Assembly (NCBI GenBank): GCA_965218585.1
Contig: CBDCLE010000002.1
Location: forward strand, 192,001 to 256,000
Direction: 5' to 3'
DNA length: 64,000 nt
Source: Terriglobia bacterium
GTDB taxonomy: Bacteria > Acidobacteriota > Terriglobia > 20CM-2-55-15
Made by a program: the position numbers and the translations under genes. The notes below the pieces were generated by a model. The model searched no databases, was not told where the DNA came from, and saw only the letters and a program-made list of their open reading frames with translations. Below are positions 27,629-36,365 of this stretch, one piece after another. How positions within the stretch are numbered: position 1 is the first letter of the stretch; each line of letters opens with the position of its first letter.

Positions 27629-30463
27629 ATGAATCCCAAAAACAATTTGTCCTGCCTGGCGCTGGTATTGTCGACTCTTCTGCTCCCATCACTGGTACTG
27701 GCACAGACCAGGGTGGGGGACTTACCGATTGATGAAGTGGCCACCCGCAGCATCCGCGAAGCAACCACTTCCGAGGACTTCCTCAGCCCCTGGGTGGAGG
27801 TGTTGCCGGAACACGCTACCGTGCCCAGCCCCCGTGATGTGCTGGGATATACGGTGGGTACTCCCGGTGAGCTAACCCAGGTGGAAGACATCTATCGCTA
27901 CTTCGAAGCCCTGGCGGCGGCCTCTGACCGGGTGGAAATCTTTCAGCTTGGCCAATCCTTCGAGCGACGGGACATGCTGGTGGTGGCCATCGCCGAGCCC
28001 GAGCATCTGGCCAACGTGGAGACCTACAAGAACTACCTGCGGCAACTGGCGGACCCAAGGCAGACTGATCGCGCCACAGCCGAGACGATCATCGCCGAGG
28101 CCATGCCCATCTACTGGATGACCGCCGGGCTACACTCCCCGGAACTGGGCCCGCCGGAGATGGTCATGGAGTTAGCCTACCGCCTAGCTGTGGAAAACCG
28201 GGAGCCCTTTGTCGATATTCGCGACAAGGTCATCACCCTGATCACTCCAGTGTTCGACGTGGACGGACGCGCTCGCCAGGTGGACTGGTACAAACGCAAC
28301 ACCAAGGGCCATACCGATTACTTCGATATGCCGCCGCGCAGCGTGCCCTTCTGGGGGCATTACACTTATCACGACAACAACCGCGACGGCATTTCCATTA
28401 CCCAGCCCATTACCAAGAACTTCGTGCGCGGCGTGTACGAATGGATACCCACTGTGTCCCTGGACCTGCACGAGTCCGTGCCCCTTTTATATGTGTCAGG
28501 TGGCACCGGCCCCTACAACGAAGGCATCAGTCCTATCACTATCGGTGAATGGCAACTGCTGGCCAGCTACGAGGTCTCTCGCCTTACCGGCCTGGGCCTG
28601 GAAGGCGTGTGGACCTGGGGGTTTTATACCGGCTGGTATCCCGGTTACATGCTGTGGACTACCAATAACCACAACGGCATGGGCCGCTTCTACGAGACCT
28701 TCGGCAACAACAGCGCCGACACCATGGAGCGGGACCTGGCCAACTCCAACTACGCCGGCGAACTTATCACCGAACGGACCTGGTACCGGGCGGCGCCCCC
28801 GCCGCGCAAACTCACCTGGTCCATGCGCAACAACACCAACTACATGCAATCGGGGGTGATCGCCTCTCTGGAGATGGTGGCTCAAAACGGCTCCTTGTTT
28901 CTGCACAACTTCTACCAAAAAGGAGTGGACGCCCTGGAGCAGGGTACCAAAGAGCCGCCCTACGCCTTTGTCATTCCTCAGGAACAGACCGACCCCGATT
29001 CGACCAACTTCATGGTAGGTGCCTTGAGCCGTCATGCCATTGAATTGCAGCGCTCCACCGAGGCCCGCTCCTACGGCGATATTGACGTAGCCGCGGGCGA
29101 TCTGCTGGTGAAACTCAATCAGCCTTACGGACCGTTGGCCAGGACCCTGCTGGAAACGCAGGAGTTCCCTGCCGATGTCCAGGTGCCACCTTATGACGAC
29201 GTCTCCTGGACATTCGGCTTGGTCTATGGCGTCGACGTCGAGGCGATTGACACTGAAAACGTGTTGCAGCACGACAGCACGCCTTTTGGCGCCGGTGACG
29301 CTTTTGACGACGAGCTTCGTTTTCTCCCCAGCACTCAGTTACCAGACTCGGGCGGCTACTGGATCGTCCCCCACCGCGGTCAGCGGGAATTGGGGCCCGC
29401 GCGCTTCGCTATGGGCGATAACGAAGTGCATGTGGCCGAAGCGCCTTTTACGGTAGGCGGCCAAGAGTATCCGGCCGGCTCACTCATAATTGACATTGAC
29501 GAGGTGGACCGAGACGAAATCGCCGCGGCGTTAGAGGGCACCCGCCTGGTAGTCATCGGCGCCGATAACCGGCCCGAGGTAACCACCCATGAACTGGATC
29601 TGCCGCGCCTGGGCGTCTACCAGTCCTGGACCTCCACCCAGAACCCTGGCTGGGTGCGTTACAGCCTGGATGAGGCAAATATACCCTACACGCTGTTCTC
29701 CAAGGATCGGGCCCGGCGCGGCAGCTTACTGCGGGAATTCGACGTGATCCTGGTACCGCACATGAGCGGCGGCACCAGCCTGGCCACCATCGTCGGCGGC
29801 ATCGACCCCAAGTGGTCGCCCCTACCTTACAGCAACACCTCCGAGTCACCGAACCACGGCCATATCCTCAGTTCCGAGGACATAACCGGTGGCCTCGGCT
29901 TCGAAGGCATGGCGGCCTTCGAGGAATTTGTCCGGGACGGCGGCACCCTCATCACCTTGGGCTCCGCCGGGGTCATGGCCACCGACTCCGGCATCCTCCG
30001 TGGGATCATCAAGCGGGACGCCGGCAGGATGAATACCCCCGGCTCCATCATGACCGCCAAGGTTACCGACCGCAGCTCACCTCTGGTCTACGGCTACGAC
30101 GAAATCACTCACGTCATGCGCGGCAACATGCCCGTATTCTCGGTGCCCGATTACGACCGCGAGTACGCGCCGCTACAGTTCGGCACCAAGCACTGGGATG
30201 AGGACGAGTCCGAAGATGCCGCCGAACTGCGCAACGAGGATGACGAAGACAGCCAATCGCCACCGACGCCACCGCTGGTCTTATCTGGCGGCATCGTCCT
30301 CGGCGCCGACGTCATCGATGGTGAACCGGCGATTGTGAGCAAGCCGCTGGATGATGGGCATGTCGTGCTATTCAGTTGGAACCCATTGCATCGGCATGTG
30401 AATCTACACGATCATGGGTTTGTGTATAACGCGATTCTGAATTGGAATGATTTGAGGGATTAG
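27629..30463 (+). CDS. Secreted M14-family zinc carboxypeptidase-like protein with C-terminal GATase-like domain
   Basis: Signal peptide; 'GLHSPE' (HxxE), 'DNNRD', 'DLHES'. Confidence 0.88.
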   Translation: MNPKNNLSCLALVLSTLLLPSLVLAQTRVGDLPIDEVATRSIREATTSEDFLSPWVEVLPEHATVPSPRDVLGYTVGTPGELTQVEDIYRYFEALAAASDRVEIFQLGQSFERRDMLVVAIAEPEHLANVETYKNYLRQLADPRQTDRATAETIIAEAMPIYWMTAGLHSPELGPPEMVMELAYRLAVENREPFVDIRDKVITLITPVFDVDGRARQVDWYKRNTKGHTDYFDMPPRSVPFWGHYTYHDNNRDGISITQPITKNFVRGVYEWIPTVSLDLHESVPLLYVSGGTGPYNEGISPITIGEWQLLASYEVSRLTGLGLEGVWTWGFYTGWYPGYMLWTTNNHNGMGRFYETFGNNSADTMERDLANSNYAGELITERTWYRAAPPPRKLTWSMRNNTNYMQSGVIASLEMVAQNGSLFLHNFYQKGVDALEQGTKEPPYAFVIPQEQTDPDSTNFMVGALSRHAIELQRSTEARSYGDIDVAAGDLLVKLNQPYGPLARTLLETQEFPADVQVPPYDDVSWTFGLVYGVDVEAIDTENVLQHDSTPFGAGDAFDDELRFLPSTQLPDSGGYWIVPHRGQRELGPARFAMGDNEVHVAEAPFTVGGQEYPAGSLIIDIDEVDRDEIAAALEGTRLVVIGADNRPEVTTHELDLPRLGVYQSWTSTQNPGWVRYSLDEANIPYTLFSKDRARRGSLLREFDVILVPHMSGGTSLATIVGGIDPKWSPLPYSNTSESPNHGHILSSEDITGGLGFEGMAAFEEFVRDGGTLITLGSAGVMATDSGILRGIIKRDAGRMNTPGSIMTAKVTDRSSPLVYGYDEITHVMRGNMPVFSVPDYDREYAPLQFGTKHWDEDESEDAAELRNEDDEDSQSPPTPPLVLSGGIVLGADVIDGEPAIVSKPLDDGHVVLFSWNPLHRHVNLHDHGFVYNAILNWNDLRD

Positions 30464-30513
30464 CGCGATTGTGCCATCTGGGCGCCGCATTTTGCTCTAC
30501 TGGTGAGTTCGAT

Positions 30514-30551
30514 TCTCAACGTCCGACAAGATGATTTCTCAGGACTTGACC
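30514..30551 (-). repeat. 38-bp bulged palindromic site B
   Basis: Minus strand GGTCAAGTCCTGAGAAATCATCTTGTCGGACGTTGAGA; same orientation as A. Confidence 0.8.
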
Positions 30552-30558
30552 TCGAAAA

Positions 30559-30610
30559 TCAGGGCACTGGAACCGTTCCTTCAGTTCTTCAAAACCGCTT
30601 CAGACGACCT
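30559..30610 (-). pseudogene. Second decayed kinase C-terminal remnant
   Basis: gtcgtctgaagcggttttgaagaactgaaggaacggttccagtgccctga reads as a degenerate VVLNWFEELKERVPVP*. Confidence 0.6.
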
Positions 30611-30630
30611 GGCTCCGGGATGGTGGCGCA

Positions 30631-32154
30631 TCACTGACTGGATGTCGCTGCGGTTTCCGAGGGTGTGCGCTTCATCAGGGACAGAGCAGCGCGGCCGATC
30701 AACGTTGCCAGTCTGCGTTTCGTACCCTTTACGGCACTGTCCGCTGAAAGTCCGTAGCGCTTGTAGCGTGTCAGCAGCCCTCGGCAAATCACGAAATGAG
30801 TCAGGAACTTCCTCCAGTCGGCAAAAAGCCCGAAGCGCTTCGATCGCTTGAGCACTGCCGACAGGCTGTAAAAGCTCCGCCAGGCGGCCTCCACTTTGCC
30901 CAGCAACTGCTCTGCGGTGAGATTGGGGTGGTGATAGAGGATGCGTGGGTGGTCGGGATCCAACCAGTAATCGTAATCTTGTTTGATGGGTTTGAGCGCC
31001 ATCTTGCCACGCCGCATCTGGTGGAAGTCAACTGTGCCCGGAAGCGGAGTCATCGGAATGAACTGCGCCAGTGTGATACCGGAGTCCCGCGCAAACTGAA
31101 TCGTGTAGTCGAGCGACGCTTCGGTGTCAGTCTCGATTCCAAAAATAAACGCGCCCATGATGTAGTCAAAACCATCGCGCCGAATCAGGTTGAGCTTGTC
31201 CATCAGGTCTTGCCCTGTGGAGTTGAACGTCTTGTTGGTCGCTTTGAGCCCCTCGGCCGTCACGGTTTCGATCCCGATCAATGCTCCCTTAACGTTACCT
31301 CGTCTCATGGCCGCCATGTATTCGGGGTCGTCGGCTACGTCCATCGTGATCTGCGTGAAGAAGTTCATGCCCTTGGGAATTTCCGTTGCAAGGCGGTCGA
31401 GCAAGTCGAAGCGCTGCTCGAGACCGGCCTCGAGGGTGCGTCGGTCCTCTGCAGTGCGGGCGTTGGCAATGTCCTCTCGACTGTAGGGATAGAAGTTGTC
31501 GTCGGCGAACATCACGAACCGGAAACCGGCGTGGTAAAGCTCTTGAACTTCCTGGATGATCCCGTCGTTCGTACGTAGGCGCGGCACCTGACCGTCCTGC
31601 ACCCATACAGAGCAGAACGAGCACTGCTTTGGACATCCCCTCACAGTCTGAATGGAGGCGACCAGGTATCGGTCGAGTGACATGAGATCCCATCGTGCCG
31701 GAGTGAACGAGTCCGGCGCCACTCGACCCCCGCGATACTGCTTTTCGAGTTTGCCCGTGGCGTAGTCGTTGAGCACCTGTGACCAGATTTCCTCGGCGTC
31801 GCCTGTCACAACCGCATTCCCGTGCAGCAAAGTCTCCTCGGGGAAAATCGACGAATGCGGGCCACCAAAGACGACCGTGGCTCCCCGCTCGCGAACCCTC
31901 TTTGCCAGCGCATAGCCATGGATGGCGTTAAAAGTGTGAATACTGATCCCGACCAGGTCTCCGGCCCGCACCTCCTCGATAGGGAACGGTTCGACCGCCT
32001 GATCCGCAAGCCTGAGTCGCTCGACGCAGCCGTTCTGGGGAGTGACAGCTGCCATAACAGGGAGGGCCCTTGGCGTAATGAACGAAAAATTGATGCGTTC
32101 CGCTGCTGGTGCCGGGTTGGCAAGGAAGATCTGAAATTCCTTCAGGCTCACCAT
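30631..32154 (-). CDS. Cobalamin-binding radical SAM protein
   Basis: B12-binding domain 'VVFGGPHSSIFPEE', 'RGCPKQCSFC' CxxxCxxC, 'FADDNF'; likely start MVSLKEF at 32154. Confidence 0.92.
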   Translation of the reverse strand: MVSLKEFQIFLANPAPAAERINFSFITPRALPVMAAVTPQNGCVERLRLADQAVEPFPIEEVRAGDLVGISIHTFNAIHGYALAKRVRERGATVVFGGPHSSIFPEETLLHGNAVVTGDAEEIWSQVLNDYATGKLEKQYRGGRVAPDSFTPARWDLMSLDRYLVASIQTVRGCPKQCSFCSVWVQDGQVPRLRTNDGIIQEVQELYHAGFRFVMFADDNFYPYSREDIANARTAEDRRTLEAGLEQRFDLLDRLATEIPKGMNFFTQITMDVADDPEYMAAMRRGNVKGALIGIETVTAEGLKATNKTFNSTGQDLMDKLNLIRRDGFDYIMGAFIFGIETDTEASLDYTIQFARDSGITLAQFIPMTPLPGTVDFHQMRRGKMALKPIKQDYDYWLDPDHPRILYHHPNLTAEQLLGKVEAAWRSFYSLSAVLKRSKRFGLFADWRKFLTHFVICRGLLTRYKRYGLSADSAVKGTKRRLATLIGRAALSLMKRTPSETAATSSQ

Positions 32155-32273
32155 GAAGGTTTCGTTAGAGCGGTTCCGAGTCGGGTGTCGGTTCCATCGT
32201 TTAGAGTGCCTCGTGTCGAACAGCAAAAAACTCGGAAAAGAATACTAGCGGAGGAGGCTAGAAGCAATCACTG

Positions 32274-32311
32274 TCTCAAGTCCTGACAAACGAACTTCCC
32301 GGACGCTGAGA
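32274..32311 (+). repeat. 38-bp bulged palindromic site C (inverted relative to A and B)
   Basis: Plus strand TCTCAAGTCCTGACAAACGAACTTCCCGGACGCTGAGA. Confidence 0.7.
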
Positions 32312-32371
32312 TTTCTTGGCCAACGGGAGATGTCTGAACCTGCTACGCAGCTCGTAGCTCAGACTTCTTCT

Positions 32372-34804
32372 CTAACCGATAACTAGGTTAAGAATCTTGT
32401 TCTTAACGTAGATCTTCTTGCGGATTTCTTTGCCGTCCAGGTGCCGGCTCACGACGGAGTCTTCCATTGCGGCATTGAGGACGACGGATTCTTCAGAATC
32501 CATGTCGACGGTAACCGTGCCGCGCATCTTGCCATTGATCTGAACGGCCACTGTAACAGTGTCGAACTTCGTATAGGCGTCATCCCAGCCGGGCCACGTC
32601 TGGTTGAAGATCGACGGCTCGTGTCCCGTTCGCTCCCAGAGTTCATCGGCAAAATGGGGCGCAAAGGGAGACATCAGAATCAGGAATGTCTCAACGGTCT
32701 CCCGGTCGGGAGCTTCCCCAATCGCCTGAACTTCATTCAAGAACTCCATCATCGCGCTGACTACGGTATTCAGACGAAATCCTTCGAGCCGTTCGGTGAC
32801 CTTCTTTACGAGGAGATGCCGCTGAGTCAGGATCGGGCGGGACCCAGACTCGGGCCATGACCCGTTGTGATCGAGAACCCAGACCCAGGCGCGTTTCAGG
32901 AAACGATGGACGCCGTCGATACCGCGGTCGTTCCATTCGGCATCCATTTCAGGAGGACCAACAAAAAGTTCGTAAAGTCGTAGTGAGTCGCAGCCATGAC
33001 TGCGGACCAGGTCGTCCGGGTTGACGACGTTCCCTTTGGACTTGGACATCTTCTCGACGCGTCCACTCTTGCCCTTGCGCGTGATCATGCCCTGGTTCAA
33101 GAGACGGACGAACGGTTCTTCGAACTCGACGACGCCGATGTCGTAGAGAAACATCGTGAAGAAACGGGCGTAAAGGAGGTGGAGAATGGCATGTTCGACA
33201 CCTCCCACGTACATGTCTACCGGCAGCCATGGCTTTCCGGTTTCGTTCAGCAGATGGTCGTCGTCACGGGGTGAGGTATAGCGCAGGAAGTACCAGGAGG
33301 ATCCGGCCCACTGGGGCATAACATCGGTTTCACGCCGCCCCTCGGCACCGCACTTGGGACACGGCACCCGGATCCAGTCTTCGATTGCGGCCAGCGGAGA
33401 CTCCCCCGTGCCGGTCGGCTCATAGCGCTCGACCTCCGGCAGTCGAACGGGAAGATCCGCTTCGTCCACTGGGACCTGCCCACACTTTTTGCAATGGATG
33501 ATCGGAATAGGTTCTCCCCAATACCGTTGGCGCGAGAACACCCAGTCGCGCAGCCGGTATTGAATAGTTCCCTTCCCCAGTTGCTTGTCTTCCAGAAACG
33601 CAGTGATTGCCTTCCGGCCTTCGGCCGCATCCATGCCGGTGAAATCGTCTGACTGGATCATCTTGCCGTCGCCGGTGTATGCCGCTTCGGCTATGCCCTG
33701 CTCGGACGAAATCACTTCCCGGATTTCTAGGTCGAACTTCTTTGCGAACTCGTAGTCGCGTTCGTCATGAGCCGGAACAGCCATGATTGCGCCGGTTCCG
33801 TAACCCATGAGGACGTAGTCGGCGACCCAGATCGGTATCTTTTCGCCGTTCACCGGGTTGATCGCATAAGACCCGGTGAAGAGTCCGGTCTTGTCTTTAA
33901 CTACTGCAGTTCTGTCGATCTCTGAGGCGTTTCGTGCCGCTTCGACATAGGCTTCAACGCCAGACATGCGATTCGTCTCTGTCAGAGTCGGAACCAGAGG
34001 GTGTTCCGGTGCCAACACCATGTAGGTCGCACCAAAGAGCGTGTCAGGTCGGGTTGTAAAAATGACCAGGGGATGTTCGTTGCCGTCGGGATCGAGAGCG
34101 GTAAACGTCGTTTCCGCACCTTCGGATCGTCCGATCCAGTTCCGCTGCATCGTCTTGACCTTCTCCGGCCACTCCAGAGGTTCCAGGCCATCGAGCAGGC
34201 GGTCGGCATACTTCGTGATCCGAAGCATCCACTGCTTCATGTCTTTCTTCCCAACCAGAGTGCCACAGCGTTCGCACTCACCGCCGACGACTTCCTCGTT
34301 CGCCAGGACTGTCTTACAACTGGGGCACCAGTTGATCGGCATCACGTCCTGGTAGGCCAGGCCTTCCCTGAACATCTTGACGAAGATCCATTGAGTCCAC
34401 TTGTAGTAGTCCGGATCGGTTGTGTCGATCTCACGAGTCCAGTCGTACATCGGACTCATTTCGATGAGCTGACGCCTGAACGTTGCGATGTTCTTCCGGG
34501 TGTTGATTGCGGGGTGAATGCCGTTTTTTATAGCATCGTTTTCCGCGGGCAGACCGAAGGCATCCCATCCCATCGGATGGAGGACGTTATGACCTTGGAG
34601 CGCTTTGTAGCGGGACCACGCATCGGGAAGGACATAGCTGCGCCAATGACCCACATGGAGGCCGGCTCCGGACGTGTAGGGAAACATGTCCAGACAGTAG
34701 TACTTGGGGCGCGGATCGTCGTTCCGTGCTTCGTAAAGGTTGGCCTCCGCCCAGTACTTTCGCCATTTCTCTTCGATTTCTTTAAAGTCGTATTCAGGGG
34801 ACAT
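32372..34804 (-). CDS. leuS: Leucine--tRNA ligase
   Basis: 'MFPYTSGAGLHVGH', 'GYGTGAIMAVPAHDERD', 'KMSKSKGN'. Confidence 0.98.
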   Translation of the reverse strand: MSPEYDFKEIEEKWRKYWAEANLYEARNDDPRPKYYCLDMFPYTSGAGLHVGHWRSYVLPDAWSRYKALQGHNVLHPMGWDAFGLPAENDAIKNGIHPAINTRKNIATFRRQLIEMSPMYDWTREIDTTDPDYYKWTQWIFVKMFREGLAYQDVMPINWCPSCKTVLANEEVVGGECERCGTLVGKKDMKQWMLRITKYADRLLDGLEPLEWPEKVKTMQRNWIGRSEGAETTFTALDPDGNEHPLVIFTTRPDTLFGATYMVLAPEHPLVPTLTETNRMSGVEAYVEAARNASEIDRTAVVKDKTGLFTGSYAINPVNGEKIPIWVADYVLMGYGTGAIMAVPAHDERDYEFAKKFDLEIREVISSEQGIAEAAYTGDGKMIQSDDFTGMDAAEGRKAITAFLEDKQLGKGTIQYRLRDWVFSRQRYWGEPIPIIHCKKCGQVPVDEADLPVRLPEVERYEPTGTGESPLAAIEDWIRVPCPKCGAEGRRETDVMPQWAGSSWYFLRYTSPRDDDHLLNETGKPWLPVDMYVGGVEHAILHLLYARFFTMFLYDIGVVEFEEPFVRLLNQGMITRKGKSGRVEKMSKSKGNVVNPDDLVRSHGCDSLRLYELFVGPPEMDAEWNDRGIDGVHRFLKRAWVWVLDHNGSWPESGSRPILTQRHLLVKKVTERLEGFRLNTVVSAMMEFLNEVQAIGEAPDRETVETFLILMSPFAPHFADELWERTGHEPSIFNQTWPGWDDAYTKFDTVTVAVQINGKMRGTVTVDMDSEESVVLNAAMEDSVVSRHLDGKEIRKKIYVKNKILNLVIG

Positions 34805-34825
34805 CGCTACTCAAAAAAGGAGCCC

Positions 34826-34926
34826 AAAATGGGGTCAGAGCCCTATCTCCCTATTCCTAAACTAGAATAAACGGAACGCCAAATCGGGGAAATAGGGCTC
34901 TGACCCCATTTTTCTGACCCCATTTT
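34826..34926. repeat. GGGTCAGA/TCTGACCC-family inverted repeat with a tandem duplicated arm
   Basis: AAAATGGGGTCAGAGCCCTAT ... ATAGGGCTCTGACCCCATTTT followed by a second TCTGACCCCATTTT. Confidence 0.8.
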
Positions 34927-34927
34927 C

Positions 34928-35332
34928 TCATTCCCACTCTATGAGGTTGCCCTTTAGGTCCATAGCGTCGTTGGCCAGTCCGTCGGCATCTTTATTTAAC
35001 TCCCGACGTACGTGCTGAATAGAAAAATCAGGGATCAACGCGATCCACCGACGGGCGCTTTCATATAGCGGACGAATGTTTTCGTTCCGCACCTTATAGC
35101 TTCCCTGGATCTGCTTGACGACGAGTTCGGAATCGGAATACACCTTCAGCGTTTCGGAACGTTGTGCAACGGCGAACTTCAACGCCACTATCAGTGCAGA
35201 ATACTCCGCGAAGTTATTCGTCTGCGTTCCCAGATACTCGGCAATCCGCGCCACTCCCGGAAAATATACGCCAAGACCGGCGGGGCCAGGGTTTCCCCTG
35301 GAGCCACCGTCGATATAGACCTCCATGGTCAT
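34928..35332 (-). CDS. rnhA: Ribonuclease HI (RNase H-like)
   Basis: 'YIDGGSRGNPGPAG', 'TNNFAEY', 'SDSELVVKQ', 'NKDADGLAN'. Confidence 0.92.
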   Translation of the reverse strand: MTMEVYIDGGSRGNPGPAGLGVYFPGVARIAEYLGTQTNNFAEYSALIVALKFAVAQRSETLKVYSDSELVVKQIQGSYKVRNENIRPLYESARRWIALIPDFSIQHVRRELNKDADGLANDAMDLKGNLIEWE

Positions 35333-36060
35333 GCCACTTCGAAAGGATGATCTAGGTTTTCCGGATCGTATAGGATGCGGCTACAGCTGTCGCAGCTGAT
35401 GATGGTGGAGTTCTTGCGCACTTCCTGAAAGACCTGTGGTCGCATGCGGACGTTGCAGACGTCGCAGGCCTCGTCGCTGGCGGATGCCAGCGCAACGCCA
35501 CCACGTGCCCCCCGCACACGCTCGTAACGCGACAGGATGTCCTCATCGATGTCTTTCTCCAGGCCGGTCCGCTCTTCAAGATAGGCCTCAAGCGTGCCAG
35601 TGTCCTGCCGGTTCGACTCTTCCAGGCTCACCCGTTCGGTCCGGACCATCTTCTGGTCTTCGGTGAGGACAGTTTCAGCGCTCTCGAGGTCCCAGGTCAG
35701 GGACTCGGATTCTTCCATAAGGACAAGGATCTGGTCTTCTTCCTTCTGAATCCCTTCCTGGCTGTAGTCGATCTCCTTGACCATCGCCTTGTATTCCTCG
35801 TTGGTCTTAACCGACATCAGTTGCTCACGGTACTTGGAGATCTTGGCTTCGATGTCGGCGACTTTCGACTCAAGTTCTTTCCGTCGTGCCTGATTTTTCT
35901 TGATGGCATCCTTTACCTGGTCCACTCCAGCAATGGCATTGCTGAGCTTTTCATCTAAGGCTTTGGACTTCGCCGGAAACGCACCTGTCTTGTCGCGTAG
36001 CTCCTGGACTGCAATGTCGACTGCTTGCAGTCGGATCAGTTTCTTCAGATCAATGTGCAT
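35329..36060 (-). CDS. Coiled-coil protein with C4-type zinc ribbon (DUF164-like)
   Basis: Long coiled coil, CDVC...CDSC. Confidence 0.9.
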   Translation of the reverse strand: MHIDLKKLIRLQAVDIAVQELRDKTGAFPAKSKALDEKLSNAIAGVDQVKDAIKKNQARRKELESKVADIEAKISKYREQLMSVKTNEEYKAMVKEIDYSQEGIQKEEDQILVLMEESESLTWDLESAETVLTEDQKMVRTERVSLEESNRQDTGTLEAYLEERTGLEKDIDEDILSRYERVRGARGGVALASASDEACDVCNVRMRPQVFQEVRKNSTIISCDSCSRILYDPENLDHPFEVA

Positions 36061-36218
36061 CGTTCAACATGCGTCCAACACTCATCCAATTATGTATCCG
36101 ATATGCATCGGGTGGGGGGTTCGGACAGGCGGAGCAACCGGATTGGGGACGATCCCGACACGGGCATCGCTCACAGGGTCACCTCAGACAACTCTCCCAT
36201 TGCTGCATCCCAAAAAAA

Positions 36219-36292
36219 TGGGCCCAGTAGGACTCGAACCTACGACAACCCGGTTATGAGCCGGGGGCTCTAACCGACTGAGCTATGGGCCC
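36219..36292 (-). tRNA. tRNA with CAT anticodon, probably tRNA-Ile2 (lysidine); CCA not encoded
   Basis: GGGCCCATAGCTCAGTCGGTTAGAGCCCCCGGCTCATAACCGGGTTGTCGTAGGTTCGAGTCCTACTGGGCCCA; C4/C5 acceptor pairs, no initiator features, downstream of rpoD. Confidence 0.9.
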
Positions 36293-36365
36293 GATTGCGC
36301 GGATTACGGCGGATTGTTTCGATCGACCCATGCCATCCCCGTAGTCAACCCGCGCCATCTGTGTA

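Noticed and set aside
27172-32311. Canonical integron attC array or CRISPR repeats
   Set aside because: No RYYYAAC/GTTRRRY cores, no intI, mixed orientation and kb-scale spacing; no cas genes or regular spacers anywhere in the window.
32332-32364. GTAG-type REP hairpin downstream of leuS
   Set aside because: Single degenerate copy (GTCTGA..GCTACG/CGTAGC-TCAGAC); could simply be a terminator-like stem.
36219-36292. Initiator tRNA-fMet
   Set aside because: Paired G1-C72 and no GGG/CCC anticodon stem; features and position fit Ile2 better, though elongator Met is not fully excluded.
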